The position numbers and the translations under genes are program-made. Under the pieces are notes generated by a model. That model was given only the letters and a program-made list of their open reading frames with translations, ran no database searches and was not told where the DNA came from. This document shows, piece after piece, positions 1 to 8,413 of a stretch of DNA of 32,000 nt. Numbering within the stretch: the first letter of the stretch is position 1; each line of letters starts with the position of its first letter. The DNA lies in assembly GCA_031288595.1 (NCBI GenBank), contig JAITRB010000016.1, forward strand, positions 60,001 to 92,000, written 5' to 3'. Source of the DNA: Puniceicoccales bacterium (GTDB taxonomy: Bacteria; Verrucomicrobiota; Verrucomicrobiia; Opitutales; JAIRLG01).

Positions 1-1912
1 CTGGGACACCGAACACATAGCCCATGATGATGGGCACGAGGACGGCGCTCAGCGAGGGAATGATCATTTCCTTCTGGGCTGCCCGGGTGGAAATGGTGAC
101 GCAGCTGGCATAATCTGGCGGGCTCTTGCCCTCGAGAATACCGGCAATTTCCCGAAATTGCCGGCGCACCTCATTGACTATGCTCGCGGCCGCGCGGCCG
201 ACGGCATTGATGGTCAGCCCGCAGAAGAGAAAGGCCATCATAGAACCGACGAATAGCCCCAGCAGGACATGAGGATTCATGAGCTGCACATCGTAGAGCT
301 GCATGAAATCACTCAGTGTGGCCTGAGCAGTAGGTACCAGATGGTGCCCACAGGAGAGAAGATGATGGCCTGACTGGATCAGATGGACCCGAATGCCCTC
401 CACGTAGGACGCCATAAGGGCCAGGGCCGTGAGAGCGGCCGAGCCGATGGCAAAGCCTTTACCGGTGGCGGCGGTCGTATTGCCCAGCGCGTCGAGGGCA
501 TCTGTTCGCCGGCGAACCTCGGGCGAGAGCTGACTCATCTCGGCATTGCCACCGGCGTTGTCCGCAATGGGGCCGTAGGCATCGGTGGCCAGCGTAATGC
601 CTAGGGTGGAGAGCATGCCGACGGCGGCGATGCTGATCCCAAAGAGCCCCAGGGCAATCTCCTTTGGATTGAACTGGGAGGCGAAGCCGAAGGCGAGGGC
701 GGTGCCGATGACAATCGCCGTTACCGGAATGACGGTCGAGATCATGCCGATGCCGATGCCGCTGATGACGCCGGTGGCGGCACTGGTCGAGGCCTGTTGC
801 GCGATGCACCGGGTCGGTCGGTAGGCCTGAGAAGTGTAGTATTCGGAGGACTTCCCGATCACTTCGCCGGTGATCAGTCCGACGACGATGGCGCCCCACA
901 GCCCGAGGTAATTGGGAATTTGGAGAAAATAGAGCAGGACGAAAGACAGGGCGAAGATCAGAATGGCCGTGAGGCGAATTCCACGGTTGAGGGACCGGAG
1001 TAACCCGCACATATCGGCATTTTCCCTGGTGCGGACGGAAAAAATGCCTCCGATGGAGAGCAGACTGCCCAGTGCCCCGATGAGGGCGGGCAGAAGCGTG
1101 GCTTTGACTTGGATCGCTGCATCGTAGGAATAGAAGGCAGCTGCCCCCAGAGCAGTGGCAGCCAGGATGGAACCGTAAAAGGATTCGTAGAGATCGGCCC
1201 CCATACCGGCCACGTCGCCGACGTTGTCCCCCACATTGTCTGCGATGGCGGCTGGATTTCTCGGATCATCTTCCGGAATATTCACCTCCATCTTCCCGAC
1301 CAGGTCCGCCCCCACGTCGGCCGCCTTGGTGAAAATGCCCCCGCCGACCCGAGCGAAGAGAGCCTGCAGCGAGGTGCCGATGCCGAAGGTCAGCATCGTG
1401 CTCGTCACGGCGAGCAGCTTCTGCTGCTGGCTGTTGGCATCCAGGAAGCAGTGAAGGAGAAAGAACCAGAGGGAATAGTCGAGCAGGCCGAGGCCGACCA
1501 CCACCAATCCCATGACGGCCCCGCTGCGAAAGGCGATGCGCAGGGCATCATTCAGAGACTGGGAGGCGGCGAAGGCGGTACGGGCGGAGGCCTGGGTGGC
1601 GGTGCGCATACCGAGAAATCCAGCCAGAGAGGAGAAAAATCCGGCGGAGAGGAAGGCGAAGGGCAAGCATCGGTTCTGCAGGTTCAGGCCATAGCAGAGG
1701 TAGCTGAGGAGAATGGCCAGAAGCAGGAAGATGAAGCCGACAACCTTATATTGCTGGCGCAGGTAAGCCATCGCCCCCTGGCGGATAGAACTGGCGATAG
1801 CCTGCATTTTTTCCGAACCCATCGGGTAGTTCATCATCTGCCGGAAGAAGCCACGGGCTGTCACCAGAGCGATGAACGAGGCCAGCGGGATGAACCAGAA
1901 TAGTAAATCCAT
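1..1912 (-). CDS. hppA: Membrane-bound pyrophosphate-energised cation pump (M-PPase). The N-terminus is complete and the C-terminal end runs off the window start.
   Basis: Not in the supplied ORF track, because there is no stop inside the window. Reverse-complement translation from the ATG at 1912-1910 gives MDLLFWFIPLASF... It contains ARVGGGIFTKAADVGADLVGK, AIADNVGDNVGDVAGMG (D codon at 1240-1238, in frame with 1912), ATDAYGPIADNAGGNAEM and DALGNTTAATGKGFAIGSAAL. The frame is still open at base 2 (EMIIPSLSAVLVPIIMGYVFGVP is encoded at 70-2). The GNTTAA (Ala, not Lys) version of the motif is the K+-dependent type by established M-PPase knowledge. The + ORF 1109..1903 is its antisense shadow. 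Confidence 0.9.
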   Translation of the reverse strand, partial: MDLLFWFIPLASFIALVTARGFFRQMMNYPMGSEKMQAIASSIRQGAMAYLRQQYKVVGFIFLLLAILLSYLCYGLNLQNRCLPFAFLSAGFFSSLAGFLGMRTATQASARTAFAASQSLNDALRIAFRSGAVMGLVVVGLGLLDYSLWFFLLHCFLDANSQQQKLLAVTSTMLTFGIGTSLQALFARVGGGIFTKAADVGADLVGKMEVNIPEDDPRNPAAIADNVGDNVGDVAGMGADLYESFYGSILAATALGAAAFYSYDAAIQVKATLLPALIGALGSLLSIGGIFSVRTRENADMCGLLRSLNRGIRLTAILIFALSFVLLYFLQIPNYLGLWGAIVVGLITGEVIGKSSEYYTSQAYRPTRCIAQQASTSAATGVISGIGIGMISTVIPVTAIVIGTALAFGFASQFNPKEIALGLFGISIAAVGMLSTLGITLATDAYGPIADNAGGNAEMSQLSPEVRRRTDALDALGNTTAATGKGFAIGSAALTALALMASYVEGIRVHLIQSGHHLLSCGHHLVPTAQATLSDFMQLYDVQLMNPHVLLGLFVGSMMAFLFCGLTINAVGRAAASIVNEVRRQFREIAGILEGKSPPDYASCVTISTRAAQKEMIIPSLSAVLVPIIMGYVFGVP

Positions 1913-2114
1913 AGACAGGTGAAAAGATGATCGATTTGCGGGCCTTCTTCTCCCAAGCAATTCGGGCCCGACATCTCCCATTAAAAAGGCGTGAAAAGAG
2001 GAGGGCAAACGAAAAATGGGATTTGGAGCAGTATGGGGAGATTTTAGTCCCATTGTGAGCTTTTGTCCTTCTGGGGAATGTGGGGTTGAAGGGGAATGGG
2101 TTGTGGTCTGGGTT

Positions 2115-2203
2115 CCCCGCCGTCTTTGCCCCATGAAAATCTTGATTTTCATGGGGATGCCCGCTCCGCGGGCTGATCCCTTTGGGATCCAAAGACGGCG
2201 GGG
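2115..2203 (+). repeat. Four-way-junction (cloverleaf-like) intergenic repeat, copy A
   Basis: Outer stem: ccccgccgtctttg (2115-2128) pairs with caaagacggcgggg (2190-2203), 14 bp. Long arm: ccccatgaaaat/attttcatgggg (2129-2140/2145-2156), loop cttg. GC arm: gcccgc-tcc-gcgggc (2159-2173). Short arm: gatccc-ttt-gggatc (2175-2189). It lies between the divergent hppA and histidine kinase starts. Confidence 0.85.
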
Positions 2204-2436
2204 GCCAACGAGACCTCGGGCGGTGCGGGTAACAGTTCCCTTCCGGATTCCGGAAAAATGTCCGGATTCCATTGTAAAAAAAAAGTGTACTCTTGGAAAA
2301 ATTCGTACATTTTTAATGAAATGGCGCATTCTCCGCATCGAAGAACGCCATTTTCCTCGCTTAAACCATGAAAGATGCGTCGGAACCGGGCCGCCGCCGG
2401 GCCTGAGAAAAGGGCCTATTGGGCATCGGTATTGCC

Positions 2437-3624
2437 ATGCGCACCTATTCCCCTCTTATCCCGAACAGTTTAACCACAGGGTTCTGTGATGGAGTCTCCT
2501 CGGAGCGCTTTAAAGAGCTCCTTCCGATCCCCACCTTGCTCACGGATGCGCAGGGACGGATCCTCCAGGCCAACAGGGCAGCCCAGCATTTTCTCGGCTA
2601 TACGGGAAATTCTCTAGATGATCTGAAGCTGGAGCAGCTGGTCTTTCGATACGGAGTTCTGAAACGGACCCTGCAGCGCGAACCGAAAGCCACGGATAGC
2701 TGGAAATTGCCGCTGAAGTTCCGACATGCGCAGGGGCAGCTGTTGAGCACGGAAACGATGATCGTTCGGGAGAGTGCTCTAGAGGATGGGCGGATGGGCT
2801 TCTATATCTGGGATATGCGGGATATGCAGAAAAAAGCCAGGGCCCTGAAGGCAAAATGGCAGAGAGCGGAGCAGGCCAACCAGACCAAGAGCCTCTTCGT
2901 CAGCCTGATCTCCCACGAATTTCGCACGCCCATGGCCTCGATCCAGGCTGCAGCGGAACTCCTGAGAAATTACGGCGAGCGCTTCTCACCGGAAGAGCGC
3001 CAGGAGCAGCTGCGCCAGATCAGCGTCGATATCTTCCGCATGTCCCAGATGATGGACGATGTCCTGCTCCTGGGCAAAATACAGAACCAACAACTGAGCT
3101 TTAGAGCGACGCTCGTCGACCCGCTGACGCTTTGTCAGGACGCGATCCAGTTCGTCCAGCCCCGCGGTGGGCAATCCCGGGTCCTCATCATGGTCTCGGG
3201 AAAATTTCCTCCCATATGCTCCCTCGATCCTTCGCTCTTCCGCCACATCCTGATCAATCTGCTGAGCAATGCGCTGAAGTATTCCCCTCCGGACTCAAAG
3301 GTAACGCTGTCCCTGCGCCGCGACCGTCAGGACCTGATCCTGGAAGTGGTCGACAAGGGGATTGGGATTCCACCAGAAGATCATGGCAAGATATTTCATC
3401 TCTTCCATCGGGGAAACAATGTCGGGATGGTCAAGGGGATCGGCGTGGGGATGTTCATGCTGAAGTACTGCGTGGAGCTGCACCGCGGTAAGATCGCCTT
3501 CAAGTCGACGCTGGGAGTCGGGACGACATTTCAGGTGAGACTGCCGGTAGGCCTTCAGGGGAAGAAGGGAAAGAGCAGCCTCGCCGAGGAGACTCCCATC
3601 CACCCCGTCAACGTGCTCCGCTAG
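2437..3624 (+). CDS. Sensor histidine kinase (PAS + HisKA + HATPase_c), with no adjacent response regulator
   Basis: H-box SLISHEFRTPMASI, N-box INLLSNALKYSP, G1 DKGIGIPPED, G2 GIGVGMFMLKYCVELHRGKI. The N-terminus is PAS-like (LLTDAQGRILQANRAAQHFLGY). The track start at 2419 is a TTG. The first ATG is at 2437 (MRTYSP...), so the start is uncertain by 6 codons. Confidence 0.85.
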   Translation: MRTYSPLIPNSLTTGFCDGVSSERFKELLPIPTLLTDAQGRILQANRAAQHFLGYTGNSLDDLKLEQLVFRYGVLKRTLQREPKATDSWKLPLKFRHAQGQLLSTETMIVRESALEDGRMGFYIWDMRDMQKKARALKAKWQRAEQANQTKSLFVSLISHEFRTPMASIQAAAELLRNYGERFSPEERQEQLRQISVDIFRMSQMMDDVLLLGKIQNQQLSFRATLVDPLTLCQDAIQFVQPRGGQSRVLIMVSGKFPPICSLDPSLFRHILINLLSNALKYSPPDSKVTLSLRRDRQDLILEVVDKGIGIPPEDHGKIFHLFHRGNNVGMVKGIGVGMFMLKYCVELHRGKIAFKSTLGVGTTFQVRLPVGLQGKKGKSSLAEETPIHPVNVLR

Positions 3625-3662
3625 AGGAAGGAGAGGCTCGAGGGAGCGTAGGGACGAGGACT

Positions 3663-4061
3663 TCAGAGCCGACAGGCCAGGATTTCCAGCCAGGCAGCTG
3701 GTGGACGGACAGCACCGCCGCCCTTGCGGGCAAAGGCGTGGCGGGAACTGCCATCGAAGAGCCGCTGACCCTGGCGCTCGATGCGGTAAAAGATCTCCAC
3801 CCGCGAGCGGGGCATTTCTCGGATCACGGCCCAGACGGACAATCGGTCGTCGAAATGCGCCGAAGCGCGGTACTTGCCCTGCAGTTCGATCACGGGGAAA
3901 TGGAAACCCTCTGCTTGGACGCGGGTATAGGGATAGCCTATGGCTTCCATCAGTGCGAGGCGCGCCACCTCGCACCAGGCCCAGTAATGCGCGTGGTGCA
4001 CGACTCCCATCTGGTCCGTCTCAACGAAGCGCACCCGAATTTCGACACAGTGTTCGATCAC
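3663..4061 (-). CDS. Acyl-CoA thioesterase, 4HBT/YbgC family (hotdog fold)
   Basis: The N-terminus IRVRFVETDQMGVVHHAHYWAWCE matches the YbgC-type (V)RVxYxDTDxxGVVYHxxY motif, and the 132-aa size fits. The start codon is GTG (+ strand cac at 4059-4061). It is convergent with the histidine kinase. Confidence 0.8.
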   Translation of the reverse strand: MIEHCVEIRVRFVETDQMGVVHHAHYWAWCEVARLALMEAIGYPYTRVQAEGFHFPVIELQGKYRASAHFDDRLSVWAVIREMPRSRVEIFYRIERQGQRLFDGSSRHAFARKGGGAVRPPAAWLEILACRL

Positions 4062-4148
4062 GGATTCAGGACTGGAAAAATTTTTCCCTAGGGCAAGCTT
4101 TCATCTTTCGGTATGGGACTCGCGCGCTCCTCAATGAGCGCCTCAATC

Positions 4149-4295
4149 CCCTGCGCCGAGGAATTTCCTGTGTTTTCGAGAGAGAGGATGAAGGATTCAT
4201 GCTTTCTCCGTCGGCACTGGGCAGGCGAGCTTTTCAAAGACTTCCTTGAGCTCCTGCGTCGGGGAATTTCTCGTGTTTGTGAGAAAAGGTGAAGG
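4149..4295. repeat. Two diverged direct repeats of about 45 nt with a 104-nt period (decayed tandem duplication)
   Basis: R1 (4149-4194): cctgcgccgaggaatttcctgtgttttcgagagagaggatgaagg. R2 (4253-4295): cctgcgtcggggaatttctcgtgtttgtgagaaaaggtgaagg. By hand alignment they are roughly three quarters identical, with 3 nt of indels. Weaker similarity continues toward lower coordinates. Confidence 0.7.
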
Positions 4296-4314
4296 GGGTG
4301 TTCGCTCTTAAGTC

Positions 4315-5127
4315 CTATGGATTGGGGCTCGGCGCTCCGCCACCGGGTGGCTTACCCTTCCCAGAAGCTCCGGGCCCTCCAGAAATTCTGCCGGTGTCAG
4401 CTGGACTCTGCTTGGCTTGGGCAGTCGGCGCGTCGAAGGAATGGGCGTGTTTTTGGAGATAGATGAAGAGCTGTGTCTTATCTTCGAACTGAAAATGGAA
4501 CCCCTGAGGGCTTTCTCTCCTATTGCGGTTATTCACGACGGGCTGAAGCGTGAGGTCCCATTTGTCGCTGTCGAAGCTGTAGTAGGCGTAGCGGAAGTCG
4601 GTGCAATGGCGGAAGAGGGTGACTTTGCCGCTGGATTTCTCGCCCGAAGAGGCTTGGCTGGGCCTGCTGAAGGATCTGCCGGTTGAAGGCGAATTTTCCA
4701 GTTGGTAGTGCAAGCGCACCCGCCGTTTCTTCTCGTCGTACTCCAGGTGGTACTTGATGAATTTCCCATGCGGGTTGGCGATAAAGGGCGGCGTGCTGAA
4801 GTTCCACCAGTAGAGGCAATAGGCCCCCCATATTCCCGGATGCTCCTCGAAGTAGGGCTTTGCTGCCTGTGGGGGTAGGCTCTTCAAACGGGTGGTATAC
4901 ATCCCATCCAGGCGGATATAGGATTCCCGCAGGCTGTTCTCCAAAAACTTTTTCGCGACGACCACGCCTTCCTTTTCCCAGTCCGGTACGGCCTCCCGTT
5001 CCCAGAGCTCGACGAAGGTGGTCATCAGGGAGACTGAGGCTAGCAGAACGCTGCCGCTCAGCGCTAGGGCCAGCAGCATTTCGATCAGCGAGAAGGCGTT
5101 CCGTCTCACGGGAAGATTTTTATTCAC
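4315..5127 (-). CDS. Pseudopilin-like protein with a prepilin-type N-terminal cleavage/methylation domain
   Basis: The N-terminus VRRNAFSLIEMLLALALSGSVLLASV is the class-III signal/methylation motif (F-S-L-I-E-M-L plus a hydrophobic helix). The C-terminal tail is Gly/Pro-rich. The start codon is GTG at 5127, preceded by taaggaaat. No other secretion or pilus genes are adjacent. Confidence 0.7.
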   Translation of the reverse strand: MNKNLPVRRNAFSLIEMLLALALSGSVLLASVSLMTTFVELWEREAVPDWEKEGVVVAKKFLENSLRESYIRLDGMYTTRLKSLPPQAAKPYFEEHPGIWGAYCLYWWNFSTPPFIANPHGKFIKYHLEYDEKKRRVRLHYQLENSPSTGRSFSRPSQASSGEKSSGKVTLFRHCTDFRYAYYSFDSDKWDLTLQPVVNNRNRRESPQGFHFQFEDKTQLFIYLQKHAHSFDAPTAQAKQSPADTGRISGGPGASGKGKPPGGGAPSPNP

Positions 5128-5302
5128 ATTTCCTTAACTGTCAACGCAGCGCATCGCTGTGCTCGGCCACCGAAGCCAAGAAATCTCCATGGGCTCCCTC
5201 GAGGCTAAGCCTTCTGGATCTCCAATTTCCCCAGGGAACTTGGGGCCAGTGATCCTCTCCGAGGATAACAGTGGGGCTGGAGAGAGGTATTTGCGCTCGG
5301 CG

Positions 5303-5401
5303 GCCGCCTTTGGGGCCCTTCGGGCCCAGCCCGCCCTGCGGGCGGGCTCCGGGGCAGGACAATGAAAGAGATCTTTCATTGTCCTGCCCCGCAAAGGCGG
5401 C
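5303..5401 (-). repeat. Four-way-junction intergenic repeat, copy C (inverted orientation)
   Basis: Outer stem: gccgcctttg (5303-5312) / caaaggcggc (5392-5401). Short arm: gggccc-ttc-gggccc (5313-5327). GC arm: agcccgccc-tgc-gggcgggct (5328-5348), 9 bp. Long arm: cggggcaggacaatgaaaga/tctttcattgtcctgccccg (5350-5369/5372-5391), 20 bp. Confidence 0.85.
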
Positions 5402-5465
5402 ATGAGGAAATGCAGAAGCTCCGATCCCGCGAATCAGCCCTCGGGTCATCGAAGTTCACCAGGAG

Positions 5466-6158
5466 CTAGGGGAGCAGTTGCTCTATCGCTTCCCGGGCAG
5501 CAGCCTCCTGTGCGCGTTTCTTGGATGACGAGTGAGAACGACCGTAGAGCCTGCCATTGAGCCACAGCTCGACCTCAAAGAGCTTCTGCGGGGCCGCTCC
5601 CTCTTCCCTTACCAGTCGGTACTCGATGCTCCAGGTCGGGCTCTGACTCTGGGCATACTCCTGAATCCGTCCCTTGGGATTGTAGTCCCGCATGAGCGAT
5701 TCCAGATGGCTTCGGATGTCCCCTAAGCACTTCAGGATCACCCGTCTGGTCTTGGCGAATCCCGCTTCGAGAAAAATAGCCCCCACCAGAGCTTCGAGCA
5801 CATCCTCCACGGCGGAAGAGGCTAGGGGCCCACCGGAGGCCGCTTCGTCGAAATGTATCCATGGGCGCAATTCCATCTTTTCCGCCAACGCCGACAGGAA
5901 TTTCCCACTGGCCAATGCGCTCCTGTAAACCGTGAGCTCTCCCTCCGCCTTGTCCGGAAAGGTCCGAAAGAGTGCCTCTGCCAGAATGGCTGACAGAACC
6001 GCATCGCCCAAAAATTCCAGGCGCTCGTAGTTCTCCGTTGCCGAAACTGACGGGTGTGTCAGTGCTTTCTGCAAAAGCTCCTCCGACCTAAGGCGATAGC
6101 CAAAGATTTTCCCCAAAGCCTTCACCGGCGGAGACTCTTCTCCAGAAAACCCGCTCAT
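5466..6158 (-). CDS. rnc: Ribonuclease III
   Basis: RNase III signature ERLEFLGDAVL and a C-terminal dsRBD-like segment (PKGRIQEYAQS...KKRAQEAAAREA). 230 aa. Confidence 0.93.
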   Translation of the reverse strand: MSGFSGEESPPVKALGKIFGYRLRSEELLQKALTHPSVSATENYERLEFLGDAVLSAILAEALFRTFPDKAEGELTVYRSALASGKFLSALAEKMELRPWIHFDEAASGGPLASSAVEDVLEALVGAIFLEAGFAKTRRVILKCLGDIRSHLESLMRDYNPKGRIQEYAQSQSPTWSIEYRLVREEGAAPQKLFEVELWLNGRLYGRSHSSSKKRAQEAAAREAIEQLLP

Positions 6159-7147
6159 GAGCTTTTCGTTCCCAGGTAACTCCTGAGGGGATCCCGAATT
6201 GCCTTTCGGAAAAATCTCTCGATGCAGGACAGGCTATGCCACGGCGAGAATCCCCTCACTGGCTTCGTCCTCTTCGCCGCTTCTCGTAGGGCTTGAAACT
6301 TCTCTGCGAAGGGAGTTCGAAAGGCCGTTTGCCAGAAGAGGTGGGTCAAGTAGTAGCAATCCCAGCGCCGTGGCAGCTTTGGCCGGATGTTCTTCGGTAC
6401 ACGGGCCAGTTGCGCTTCCAGTTTTTCCGAAAAGGCCTTCCAGGGCTTTTGGTAGATGAAATGGACGATGCTCATCTCTTCCAAACTGCCCGAGGTCCTG
6501 TAGTCAAATCGATTCCAACGGGGCTGGAGCGGACAGAACTGCCCCTCGGCGAGGATATTCAGCGGGTCCTGTTCGGGAAAATCGAAGGGCCCCCTTGCCC
6601 GTATGAGGGCCACCAGGCGCTCCGTCAGCCCTTCGCTCCGCCATCGGATGGGCTCGATGAGCAGAACGCCCACGTTGAAGTAATCCGCATCTTGCGGCCG
6701 TCCCAGCCGGCGGTTGTGCCACCGCAGCGGACTAACGCCCCGTTCCGAGCGCGCCGCGAAGGCATGGCCTCCAAGTTCGGAATGGTAGAGTGACTCCCAT
6801 TCGCCCAGCACCAATGTGTCGCTGTCCAGGTAGAGGATGCGAGGGGACTCGGGTAGGATTTCCGGAAGGAATATCCGGGCATAAACCGCCGGACTGGGAT
6901 ATTTTTCCGTCACGGGCAATGAGCGAACGGCTTCCGGTAAGGAATGAAAGTGGAGCTTCAGGAAAGGGAAGTTCTTTTCCAACTGCTTCATTTTGAACTG
7001 GGAATTTTCCGAAATCGCGTCGTCCAGCACGTGCGCCTGCACTGGAACCCGGCCATGGTGATGCTCCATCAGCGACCAGAGCGCCACCGCCGTAAAGGGC
7101 ACATAGGCTTCATCACAGGCAAAGGCGACGTGTAGGATCTCTTCCAT
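6155..7147 (-). CDS. Glycosyltransferase family 8 (LPS/glycan alpha-glycosyltransferase-like)
   Basis: LHVAFACDEAYVPFTAVALWSL, RILYLDSDTLVLG (DxD) and YFNVGVLLI are typical GT8 blocks. Its stop overlaps the rnc start in ATGA (6155-6158), which indicates translational coupling. Confidence 0.8.
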   Translation of the reverse strand: MEEILHVAFACDEAYVPFTAVALWSLMEHHHGRVPVQAHVLDDAISENSQFKMKQLEKNFPFLKLHFHSLPEAVRSLPVTEKYPSPAVYARIFLPEILPESPRILYLDSDTLVLGEWESLYHSELGGHAFAARSERGVSPLRWHNRRLGRPQDADYFNVGVLLIEPIRWRSEGLTERLVALIRARGPFDFPEQDPLNILAEGQFCPLQPRWNRFDYRTSGSLEEMSIVHFIYQKPWKAFSEKLEAQLARVPKNIRPKLPRRWDCYYLTHLFWQTAFRTPFAEKFQALREAAKRTKPVRGFSPWHSLSCIERFFRKAIRDPLRSYLGTKSS

Positions 7148-7186
7148 GGACTAATATTTGGAGTCTTTCTGTGAATTGTGAGGGTT

Positions 7187-7273
7187 CCGCTGTCTTGGCC
7201 CCATGAAAATTTTTCTCATTTTCATGGGGATGCCCGCTGCGCGGGCGCTCCCTTTGGGAGCCAAAGATAGCGG
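7187..7273 (+). repeat. Four-way-junction intergenic repeat, copy B
   Basis: Outer stem: ccgctgtcttgg (7187-7198) / caaagatagcgg (7262-7273); 11 of 12 positions pair, with one G-T and one G-A. Long arm: ccccatgaaaat/attttcatgggg (7199-7210/7218-7229), loop ttttctc. GC arm: gcccgc-tgc-gcgggc (7232-7246). Short arm: gctccc-ttt-gggagc (7247-7261). Confidence 0.85.
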
Positions 7274-7345
7274 ATAGGAAGCCCTATGCCGGGCCAATTC
7301 CCCCTGTCTCCGAAGCCAATGTATGAAAAAATTTTTCAATGGGGT

Positions 7346-7873
7346 TTAGAGAAAGTGTTTGGAGAAAATTTCCTCCAATAGGCCTTCCAGGTCTCTCGCC
7401 TCTATGGGTTCCGGCAGCCAATCACGGAGGCGGCAGCAGTGGGAGCGGATGTCATCGGGATAGCGCTCAAGATCGCCGTTGACGTTGAGGCCCACCCCGC
7501 AGGCCGCCAGATGAACCTTTTCCGATACCACCCGGGTTTCCGTCAGGATCCCGCCGAGCTTGCGCCCCTGGATCATCAGGTCATTGGGGTACTTGAGCGC
7601 TACGGGTACCTGATGGCGCTCCCGCAGCGCCTGGCTGAGAAGAATGGCCACTTTGGTAGAGCAGTGCCGAAAGTCCTGTGCGACCTGCCGGGGCTGCCAG
7701 AGGATCGTCCAGTAGAGATTGCCTGGGTCGTCGCTGTACCAGCTGTGATCCCCCCGTCCCCGACCTGCGAACTGCCGCGACGCGACGACGACGAAGGGCG
7801 GAGCCTTTTCAGCACTCAGGCGAAAGGCCTCGTCATTCGTGCTATCGACCACATCCCGGCGCAGGGTTTCCAT
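7346..7873 (-). CDS. birA: Biotin--protein ligase, catalytic core only (unusually short, 175 aa)
   Basis: DSTNDEA, FAGRGRGDHSWYSDDPGNLYWTILW (the GRGRxGRxW-type biotin loop) and KYPNDLMIQGRKLGGILTE (KWPND block). I scanned the same frame upstream to the stop at 8060-8062 and found no ATG, GTG or TTG, so 7873 is the start. Confidence 0.8.
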   Translation of the reverse strand: METLRRDVVDSTNDEAFRLSAEKAPPFVVVASRQFAGRGRGDHSWYSDDPGNLYWTILWQPRQVAQDFRHCSTKVAILLSQALRERHQVPVALKYPNDLMIQGRKLGGILTETRVVSEKVHLAACGVGLNVNGDLERYPDDIRSHCCRLRDWLPEPIEARDLEGLLEEIFSKHFL

Positions 7874-7886
7874 GGGAAATTCTCTT

Positions 7887-8105
7887 CTAAAAAATGTCGA
7901 AGATGAGCATCGCGAATCCCTGGAGCAGCGCGGTTCCCAGGAGCAGGTAGAGGGCGAGCCGGTCGCAGAGGCTCTGGCTTCCCCCTCGCTGTTCCGCCCG
8001 ACGGCAGGAGGATGCGAGGATCCTCGACGAGCGCCGCTGCAGCGACCCGCGGTAGCGATTCAGAAGATGCGTCAGGTCTTTCGGACTGAGAGGATCGCGG
8101 CCCAT
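7887..8105 (-). CDS. Hypothetical small protein with a C-terminal hydrophobic helix (72 aa)
   Basis: It ends 14 nt upstream of the birA start on the same strand. Third codon positions are strongly G/C-rich, as in the neighbouring genes. C-terminus: LALYLLLGTALLQGFAMLIFDIF. I recognise no family, and it competes with overlapping ORFs in other frames. Confidence 0.35.
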   Translation of the reverse strand: MGRDPLSPKDLTHLLNRYRGSLQRRSSRILASSCRRAEQRGGSQSLCDRLALYLLLGTALLQGFAMLIFDIF

Positions 8106-8312
8106 AATTTCTTTCTATCATCTCCGAGGAACCACTCAAGGCGAAAGAGGGGAAAAGAATTTCGGAAAAGAACGGGGCTTTTCTGGAATATTTTCTCTCG
8201 GAGGAACGGTGGAGTCCTTTTGCCCCGTGAAGAACTTTCTCTTCTTAGTCATCATCGGGAACCCCAGAGCTTTTGCTCTTGCTTCCGTGACTTTCTTCTC
8301 CTCAGTAAAATC

Positions 8313-8413
<101 letters not shown>

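Noticed and set aside
1109-1903. 264-aa plus-strand ORF, together with the other ORFs listed between 383 and 2192
   Set aside because: They are all shadows of hppA, whose minus-strand frame is open from 1912 to the window edge and carries every M-PPase signature.
2159-2173. Possibility that the GCCCGC-N3-GCGGGC hairpins are simple rho-independent terminators
   Set aside because: No U/T tract follows the stem in any copy on either strand. The hairpin is always embedded in the larger three-arm structure, and some copies sit between divergent promoters (A, F and H) where no terminator is needed.
2115-2203. Possibility that the cloverleaf-like repeats are tRNA or tRNA-like genes
   Set aside because: They have no T-loop (GTTCRANNC) or D-loop consensus. 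The 'acceptor' stem is 10-17 bp and the arm lengths are wrong. The copies occur in both orientations with hypervariable arms.
3295-4249. ORFs 3295..3975 (minus strand, 226 aa), 3701..4249 (plus strand, 182 aa) and 3738..4091 (plus strand, 117 aa)
   Set aside because: They overlap the well-supported histidine kinase and thioesterase genes in other frames or on the other strand. Their translations are Arg/Pro/Gly-rich.
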